A stretch of 64,000 nt of DNA, taken from contig VMGK01000005.1 of NCBI GenBank assembly GCA_007376535.1, positions 2,085 through 66,084 on the forward strand. The letters are read 5' to 3'. This document shows, piece after piece, positions 58,005 to 64,000 of the stretch; position 1 is the first letter of the stretch; every line of letters begins with the position of its first letter. This DNA comes from Candidatus Berkelbacteria bacterium Licking1014_7 (GTDB lineage Bacteria > Patescibacteriota > UBA1384 > GWA2-35-9 > CG2-30-39-44). The notes below the pieces were generated by a model, which did no database searches, was not told the DNA's origin, and saw nothing but the letters and a program-made list of their open reading frames with translations. The position numbers were made by a program, and so were the translations under genes.

Positions 58005-59290
58005 TTTTTTAATTTTTCTTTCAAAATCAGCAACATCAAAGTTTTTGAAATAGTAATGGCGGAAAACATTGAAACCAAAATTCCGATTAAAAGGGTGATG
58101 GCAAATCCTCGCACTAATCCGGTGCTTAACCAGATTAAAATTATGGCGGTGATAATTGAAGCCATATTTGAGTCGCGAATCGACAGCCAGGCGCGATCAA
58201 AGCCAGTTTCAATTGCCTCTTGGAGTGAATTCCCTTGTTTTAATTCTTCTTTGGTTCTTTCAAAAATTAAGATATTGGCGTCCACTGCCGCGCCGATTGA
58301 TAAAATAAAGCCGGCAATTCCAGAAAGTGTCAGGGTGATGGGAATCAATTTGAAAATCGCCAGCACAATTAAAGTATAAATAATGAGGGCAATGCCGGCA
58401 ATTAGTCCTGACAAGCGATAATAAAAAACCATATATACAAACACAACTAATAGCCCGATAATGCCAGCGATTAAACTTTTTTGAATTGATTCATTGCCAA
58501 GCGTGGCGCCAATGCTTCGCTCTGACACGACTTTGAGCGGCACTGGCAAAGCGCCGGAGTTGAGTTGCAATGCTAATTCGCGCGCGCCTTTTAAGGTAAA
58601 TTCACCAGTAATTACCGCGTCGCCAGCGCTAATTTCATTTTGCACAGTTGGCGCTGAAACGAGCGCGCCGTCTAACACGATCGCGACTGGTTTTCCAATA
58701 TTTCTGGCAGTTATTTCGCCAAACCGTCTTGCGCCTTCAGCATTAAATTTTAAGGAAATTTGTGGTTTATTATTGATTGATTGACTGTTAGCGCCAGAAA
58801 ATGTTACATCGGCTTTTGCCAGATGCGCGCCGGTCAGACCGGTTAAATTCCAGCCCGGAGCGCTGCCGTCTCCCCCGCCTTGACTCGGGTCTATCACTTG
58901 TTCTTCAAAAGTAAGTTCAGCGGTCTTGCCGATCGTGTCCAACGCTTCTTTGGGATTTTTTATTCCCGCTAATTCGACACTAATACCTTTTTTGTCGCCA
59001 TAAGATGTTTCGCGAATCGTTGGTTCGGATACGCCCAAACCATTGACTCGTTTTTCAATTACATTGATCGCGCCGGCCAGCGCTTGTTTTTGGTTGGCGG
59101 TCTCAATTTTAGAAAAGTCCGCTTCATATTCAATATGCACTCCGCCGGCCAGATCTAAGCCCTGGACAATATCAAGTTTTTTGTCAATAAACCAAAATTT
59201 TAAGTTTGGTCCAGATGGCATATCAATTAGAATCGCCAGCGCCAAAATTATTAGAATTAGGCACAACTTAGTAATAATATTTTTTTTCAT
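58001..59290 (-). CDS. secD: Protein translocase subunit SecD
   Basis: LGLDLAGG, a periplasmic domain, then the C-terminal six-TM bundle. Confidence 0.85.
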   Translation of the reverse strand: MKKNIITKLCLILIILALAILIDMPSGPNLKFWFIDKKLDIVQGLDLAGGVHIEYEADFSKIETANQKQALAGAINVIEKRVNGLGVSEPTIRETSYGDKKGISVELAGIKNPKEALDTIGKTAELTFEEQVIDPSQGGGDGSAPGWNLTGLTGAHLAKADVTFSGANSQSINNKPQISLKFNAEGARRFGEITARNIGKPVAIVLDGALVSAPTVQNEISAGDAVITGEFTLKGARELALQLNSGALPVPLKVVSERSIGATLGNESIQKSLIAGIIGLLVVFVYMVFYYRLSGLIAGIALIIYTLIVLAIFKLIPITLTLSGIAGFILSIGAAVDANILIFERTKEELKQGNSLQEAIETGFDRAWLSIRDSNMASIITAIILIWLSTGLVRGFAITLLIGILVSMFSAITISKTLMLLILKEKLKK

Positions 59291-59307
59291 AGTGAAAGCG
59301 CGGTTGA

Positions 59308-60387
59308 TTATAAATATTTATTAGTTTTATTTTTCTTTAGGATTTCAATTATCTTTTTTACTTCTTGCGAAGCGTGTTGATTGATAACCAAAATAGCGTC
59401 TGGCGTATCAATGATGGCAATGTCTTTTAGCCCAACCGTGGCAATCATTTTTTTGTGTCCCAGCACAAAAATATTTTCGTCATTATGCCCGATGTGGTGT
59501 CCTTGGGAGATATTGGTAACGCCAAGTTTTTTGGACAGGATATCATAGACCGATTTCCAACTGCCGACATCTGACCAATCCAAATCAGATGGGATCACGA
59601 GCATTTTATCTAATTTTTCCACAATGGCTGTGTCAATCGGTTCGTTAGGCATTTTTTCAAACAATCGATTAATTTTTTTTGGCTCATTTGTGGCGCGTAT
59701 TTTATTTAAGATATTATAAATTTTTGGTGAGTGCTTTTTGTATTTATTAAGTATTTGAGAAGCGCTAAAAATAAAATAAGATCCGTTCCAAAGGTATTCT
59801 AATGACTCAAAATATTTTTGCGCGGTTTCTTTATCTGGTTTTTCAACAAATTTTTCTATTCGAAAAATGATTTGTCCAGAAATTTTTTCAAATTCTTCGC
59901 CGATTTTAATATATCCATAGCCGGTTTCAGGATAAGTTGGTTTGAGTCCGATTGTCATTAAAAACTGCGGGTGTTTTTCAATTATTTTGAAGGCGAGTTT
60001 TAAATCAATGACAAAATTTTTCTCTTTTTGGATTTCATGATCTGAGGCAATGGTGGCTAAGATTGCTTGCGGATTTTTTTGATAAATTCGCAGGGTTGAT
60101 AGACCGATGGCTGGCGCGGTATTTTTTGCGACTGGTTCAACAATATAATTTTTTAGAAGAATTTGTGGCAGTTGTTGGCGTCCTAACGGAATAAGTTTTT
60201 TCCCAATGCTTAAAAAAATATTTTGCTGAGGAACAACTTTTGCCACACGCGCATAGGTCTTTTGGATAAGAGTTTTTCTACCGGTAAATTTCTGAAATTG
60301 TTTGGGGGTTTTTTGCCGCGAAAGCGGCCAAAGTCGGGTGCCTGACCCGCCTGCCATAATGACCGCGTAAAAATTTTGTTTTGACAT
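59308..60387 (-). CDS. manC: Mannose-1-phosphate guanylyltransferase (GDP-mannose pyrophosphorylase)
   Basis: AVIMAGGSGTRLWPLSR nucleotidyltransferase signature. Confidence 0.8.
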   Translation of the reverse strand: MSKQNFYAVIMAGGSGTRLWPLSRQKTPKQFQKFTGRKTLIQKTYARVAKVVPQQNIFLSIGKKLIPLGRQQLPQILLKNYIVEPVAKNTAPAIGLSTLRIYQKNPQAILATIASDHEIQKEKNFVIDLKLAFKIIEKHPQFLMTIGLKPTYPETGYGYIKIGEEFEKISGQIIFRIEKFVEKPDKETAQKYFESLEYLWNGSYFIFSASQILNKYKKHSPKIYNILNKIRATNEPKKINRLFEKMPNEPIDTAIVEKLDKMLVIPSDLDWSDVGSWKSVYDILSKKLGVTNISQGHHIGHNDENIFVLGHKKMIATVGLKDIAIIDTPDAILVINQHASQEVKKIIEILKKNKTNKYL

Positions 60388-60464
60388 AATGTTTAGTTTA
60401 ATTTTTTTAGAGTAAAGTTTGATTTTATGAGAACATTATATCAGTTTCAGCTTAAAACGCAAAA

Positions 60465-61151
60465 TTAAAATTTTAAAGATGCGAGATAGTGCAAAATTTT
60501 CCTTAAATCGTCAGAGAGCGGATCTTTGATACTGATGGTTTGTTCTATGGCGAGATGAGTAAAGCCCAAATAAACTGAATGTAAAAATTGTCGGTGTAAT
60601 CCAATTTGACGGCTAATTTTTTTAGATAATTTTGTGTTGTAGACCGGGTCGCCTAAAATCGGAAAGCCAATATTTGATAAGTGAATTCTGATTTGATGGG
60701 TTCGGCCGGTGGCGATTTTTACTTCAAGCAGAGATAGCGGATTTTTTTGAAAATTGTAAGAGCGAATTTTTTTGTACTCGCTTTTTGACCAGCGCCACTT
60801 CCCCCTATTTTGTCCCACTGGAATGTTGGAAAAAATAAACGGTTTTTTGCGCTGCGGATCGCGCGCTAAATATCCTTCAATGATGCCCTTTTCCGGGGTG
60901 TTGCCAATCACTAATGCTTGGTATTTTTTGATAATTTTTCTGGTTTTGAATTGGGCTTGAAGCGCTTTGAGAACTTTTTCGTTTTTTGCCAAAAGTAAAA
61001 TTCCAGAAGTGTTTTTATCCAAGCGATGGGCGGGAAATATTTGATTGGCGATTTTTTGCTTTTTGAGATCATTCGCGATATCACAAGTTTCAATTCCGGC
61101 TGGTTTGGATAGAGCGAGTATATCTTGATCTTGATAAATAATTTTAATCAT
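60465..61151 (-). CDS. RluA-family pseudouridine synthase
   Basis: HRLDKNTSGILLLAKN catalytic-Asp motif. Confidence 0.85.
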   Translation of the reverse strand: MIKIIYQDQDILALSKPAGIETCDIANDLKKQKIANQIFPAHRLDKNTSGILLLAKNEKVLKALQAQFKTRKIIKKYQALVIGNTPEKGIIEGYLARDPQRKKPFIFSNIPVGQNRGKWRWSKSEYKKIRSYNFQKNPLSLLEVKIATGRTHQIRIHLSNIGFPILGDPVYNTKLSKKISRQIGLHRQFLHSVYLGFTHLAIEQTISIKDPLSDDLRKILHYLASLKF

Positions 61152-61164
61152 AAGTATATTTTAT

Positions 61165-61640
61165 CCCCACACCTTTCCAGAATACCTCTCAGTTTGCTGC
61201 GAGGATGAATGGACATTATAAATTCTTTCGGCGGGGTTTAATACCTCGCCGAAAGGTGTGGGGATTTATCGCTAGACCGGCTGCGGCCTAATGGTGAGAT
61301 AAAGAAAAAGGCGCCCATCGCGCTGACTTTCCAGCGGGCCGGGTATGCTGGTTGGTCGGGGGTGCGCGAGGGGCGCCACGGGCACTACTTTTTCTGCTTT
61401 CGGAACGGAATCCGAACACAGCAGAGTGGGTTAAAGTAGCGCCCGGAGATGGGTGGAGCGTCTGGGGTTGTGCCCTAAGGGGCAGCACACACGGAAAGGA
61501 GAGGGTCCCGAGAGGGTCCCCCCAGACGCTCCGAAAATGAAAGAAGGGAAGGGGGCGGGCTGCAGTCGGAAGAGGAGTCCCTGCAACCCACCCAGAAGAC
61601 GGGAGGGTAGTGGGGAAAGGAGAACCCGCGCCCATCCGTC
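61165..61640. ncRNA. GC-rich (roughly 60-65% by eye) island with no credible ORF. Candidate structured RNA of unknown class
   Basis: Sharp local GC rise against an AT-rich background. Tandem GAGAGGGTCCC, a GCGCCCATC direct repeat, and a long-range hairpin CCCCACACCTTTC ... GAAAGGTGTGGGG at 61167-61265. Strand not determined. Confidence 0.4.
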
Positions 61641-61719
61641 CTTTCGTAAAGACAATCTAATCTTATCATACAATTGCTTTGCTTGTCAAGTTCCGAAAGG
61701 TCGCCAGACCGTGGACAAA

Positions 61720-62847
61720 TTAAATCAATTTGTCTTTGTCGTTTTTGGACTCTTCTAACATTTCCAATCCTTTGATTTGCGGGAAATTCGGTCCAGCAAT
61801 GCCGGTAATGCCACCATAGATATTAAACAATGATTTGAACATTTTATTGAGCTGAACTTCTCTTCGCTTCCATTGTGTTTCAAAAGCCACTTTTTCTTTG
61901 ATGATTTGCTCTTGCATTCCAAAATACGATTCTGCGATCGCTTCCATTTGCTGAGTGAACTCGTGGCTGTTCAGATATTCATATAATTCTTCGGCAGTGC
62001 TGGCACTTTGAGCTGAAATTGCCTTTTGTTTGGCGCCTTCCAGCAAGATATTACGCAAAAATGTTGCTAAGGCAATAAAATATTTTGGCGTGGTCACCCA
62101 AACTTTGTTAATAGGGATAATTTCCTTTGGAGCGTCTTTGGGTAAAACCATACTGACTAGCCCTGCGAACCTTGCTTTTTCCACGCGCTGATCGGAGCGT
62201 AATTTGTCAATCCATTTATTTTCCCAGTTTTTAGTCCGTTTGTTTTCCCATATAATTTTTCCAGCTATATTGCCCATTGGGGTTTTAACCAATTGAACCA
62301 AATCCGCGCCCCGTACGCCCTTTTTTACTTCTAAAATTTCGTCTTGGGGGAAAACGTTTCTCAGTGAATTTTCCAAATCCAATTCCAAAATTTCGCCTTG
62401 GGCTTGCTCAGAACCTTGTTCTGCTTTCCGTTTAAGTTCTTCGGCTACTTTTTTAAGATCAGCAATTTGTTTGTCTTTTTCTAAATTTTTTAGTCGATTT
62501 TCTTCGTTAATTTTTTGCGCTAAATTTTCTTTGGCTTTTTCTATTTCGTCAAAAATTTGTTTTTGACTTTTCAGTTCTCTTTCTTCGTCTTTTTCTCGTA
62601 GTAAGCGCAAACTTTTATTCAATTCTAAAAGTTGATTGCCAAGTTCACGGTTTCGCTTTTTTAATTCTTCTGCCTCATTTTCTTTATCTTTAATTTTCAA
62701 TTCCTGTTCCGCTAAAATTTTCTCGCGCAATTTTTGTTCAAAATTTTTTTCGATTTCCTGTTTTTGCTCCTCGCGAATTTGATCCGTAAGCGCTTCGCTC
62801 AGTTCAATTTCTTTTTGGCAATAGGGGCATTTGATAGTATTTATCAT
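61720..62847 (-). CDS. DUF2130-like coiled-coil protein with N-terminal CxxC zinc ribbon
   Basis: CPYC, a long EQK-rich coiled coil, and a conserved C-terminal globular domain. Confidence 0.5.
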   Translation of the reverse strand: MINTIKCPYCQKEIELSEALTDQIREEQKQEIEKNFEQKLREKILAEQELKIKDKENEAEELKKRNRELGNQLLELNKSLRLLREKDEERELKSQKQIFDEIEKAKENLAQKINEENRLKNLEKDKQIADLKKVAEELKRKAEQGSEQAQGEILELDLENSLRNVFPQDEILEVKKGVRGADLVQLVKTPMGNIAGKIIWENKRTKNWENKWIDKLRSDQRVEKARFAGLVSMVLPKDAPKEIIPINKVWVTTPKYFIALATFLRNILLEGAKQKAISAQSASTAEELYEYLNSHEFTQQMEAIAESYFGMQEQIIKEKVAFETQWKRREVQLNKMFKSLFNIYGGITGIAGPNFPQIKGLEMLEESKNDKDKLI

Positions 62848-63049
62848 AGTTCAAATATAACAAATTATTGTCTAAAAAACAAATCTCAAAAAGCAAAAGT
62901 TTTTTGACTTAAGATTTTTGATACTACGTTTCTCGGTTACTGCAACGATGCCCGTATCGTCTGACGTCTGACGTATTACGAAATTCATTCTAAAATCATA
63001 AATCCATATTCTTAAATCTTTTTAATGTTTTGAATTTTGAGATTTGAGA

Positions 63050-64000
63050 TTAGTTCTCAAAAAATGCGCACCACTGACAAGGTTTGCCCGGGGTTTCGCG
63101 ATGATCAAATTTTAGCGCTTGGATATTTTGCCAGACATCAATAATTTGTTTTTTGAAATCCTTCATTTCATTTTTGTCAAACGAAAAAATATGTTTGGCA
63201 AAACGATAATTTTCGTCCAAAAATTCAATTGCGGTCTCCCCTATTTTCCATTTGGTAAAAAAACGGTGATCCAATTCTCCCAAAAGCCAATAAAATTGCA
63301 GTTGCAATAAATAGTTGCGATCGCGTTTTTTTGTCAACCCCATTATTTCATTCCTGCTTTTGGCTTGCCCGGTTTTATAGTCAATCACCCGGACTAAATT
63401 TTTTCTTTTATCCAACCATTCAATTTTGTCAATTTTGCCAGTTAACGGTATACTGCCAAAGCGCACATTGTGAGGTCTGAAATTAAATTCAGTCCAAAGC
63501 GGTTTTTGAAAATTGTTTTTATTCCAAGACGGCGAATACCTCGGAGCTTGCTCCGAGTCCCGCCCCTTGGCGGGATCAAATGGCGGAACAAACGAATACC
63601 CCGCAGCTTGCTGCGTGGGTCGTTTATATTTTTCAAAATAATTGCTTAGCAATTTTTTACCCGCTTGTAAAAATTCAATCTTCTCTTTTTTTGATAAAAT
63701 TTCTTTTTCAATCGCCCGATCAAAATATTTTATCAAATCGTTTGCTTCGGGCAAGTAATTATTTTTTATATAATCGCGAAAAAATTCTTCTAATGCTTTG
63801 TGTATGGCTGTTCCATAACTTTGCGCCGCTGACTTGATTTGCGGCAGGCGAATAATGTTTTTTAGCAAATAGTCGCGCGGACATTTTAGATAAGTGGTAA
63901 AACCGGTCGGGCTCAGCGGTTGATTTTTGACAATATTTTTTAGCCAAGTTTTTTCCGCGCGCGGAAAATTAATTATCGCGGTGGCGCTTAATTCATCTAC
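63050..64000 (-). CDS. PD-(D/E)xK (RecB/AddB/Cas4-like) nuclease domain protein; the 5' end lies outside the window
   Basis: TYLKCPRDY ... IDYKTGQ ... QLQFY ... CQWC. The frame is open to the window edge. Confidence 0.5.
   Translation of the reverse strand, partial: VDELSATAIINFPRAEKTWLKNIVKNQPLSPTGFTTYLKCPRDYLLKNIIRLPQIKSAAQSYGTAIHKALEEFFRDYIKNNYLPEANDLIKYFDRAIEKEILSKKEKIEFLQAGKKLLSNYFEKYKRPTQQAAGYSFVPPFDPAKGRDSEQAPRYSPSWNKNNFQKPLWTEFNFRPHNVRFGSIPLTGKIDKIEWLDKRKNLVRVIDYKTGQAKSRNEIMGLTKKRDRNYLLQLQFYWLLGELDHRFFTKWKIGETAIEFLDENYRFAKHIFSFDKNEMKDFKKQIIDVWQNIQALKFDHRETPGKPCQWCAFFEN

Noticed and set aside
61165-61640. Assignment of the GC-rich island to RNase P RNA, tmRNA or SRP RNA
   Set aside because: Only partial motif resemblances, on inconsistent strands. 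A GGAAAGTC-containing candidate on the minus strand would have to extend into the rluA coding region. Left as an unclassified ncRNA candidate.
61288-61758. Several 60-115-aa ORFs across the GC-rich island
   Set aside because: All are Pro/Arg/Gly-rich on both strands and mutually overlapping, the typical artefact of GC-rich non-coding RNA or foreign DNA.

Overview
This is a low-GC (roughly 35-40% by eye), gene-dense bacterial window of about 60 protein genes and 5 tRNAs. The very short intergenic spacers, the many small hypothetical proteins, the four-helix-bundle (23S rRNA intervening-sequence) protein, the type IV pilus genes and the multiple restriction-modification modules fit a Patescibacteria/CPR-like genome; that placement is inference only. 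Housekeeping genes present include a class A penicillin-binding protein (PBP1A), tyrS, argS, a β-CASP ribonuclease, a site-2 protease, rpmB, holB, rpmG, rplJ, rplL, tgt, secD, secF, manC and an RluA-family pseudouridine synthase. There is a tRNA cluster (Thr-Tyr-Thr, rpmG, Trp) and a separate tRNA-Pro. A nearly complete type IV pilus locus lies at 32.1-45.1 kb: PilN-like, PilO-like, pilB, pilT, pilC, a large protein with two pilin-like domains, pilA, pilD, three minor pilins and a PilX-like protein. Accessory content, in order along the window: (1) a GIY-YIG nuclease cassette with 11-bp terminal inverted repeats inserted exactly in frame into a remnant LamG-domain gene end (2.8-3.3 kb); (2) a defence-type island next to tRNA-Pro (15.5-18.8 kb) with an HNH endonuclease, a methyltransferase, two methyltransferase C-terminal fragments and a Bro-N protein, bounded by 13-bp inverted repeats; (3) a second methyltransferase plus PD-(D/E)xK endonuclease pair after tRNA-Trp, and an AbiEii-like nucleotidyltransferase pair; (4) two tandem paralogous [small protein + membrane-anchored VirD4/TraG-like P-loop ATPase] modules (49.4-56.1 kb); (5) a roughly 350-470 bp GC-rich island with no credible ORF (61.2-61.6 kb), a strong candidate for an unidentified structured RNA; (6) at least five families of interspersed intergenic repeats, including a MITE with 14-bp terminal inverted repeats GAACCCATTGCAAA that sits immediately upstream of, or overlaps, several gene starts. 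The 8-mer GCGATCGC (the cyanobacterial HIP1 palindrome) occurs about 10 times, five of them inside argS. All functional calls come from reading motifs in the translated ORFs; no searches were run.
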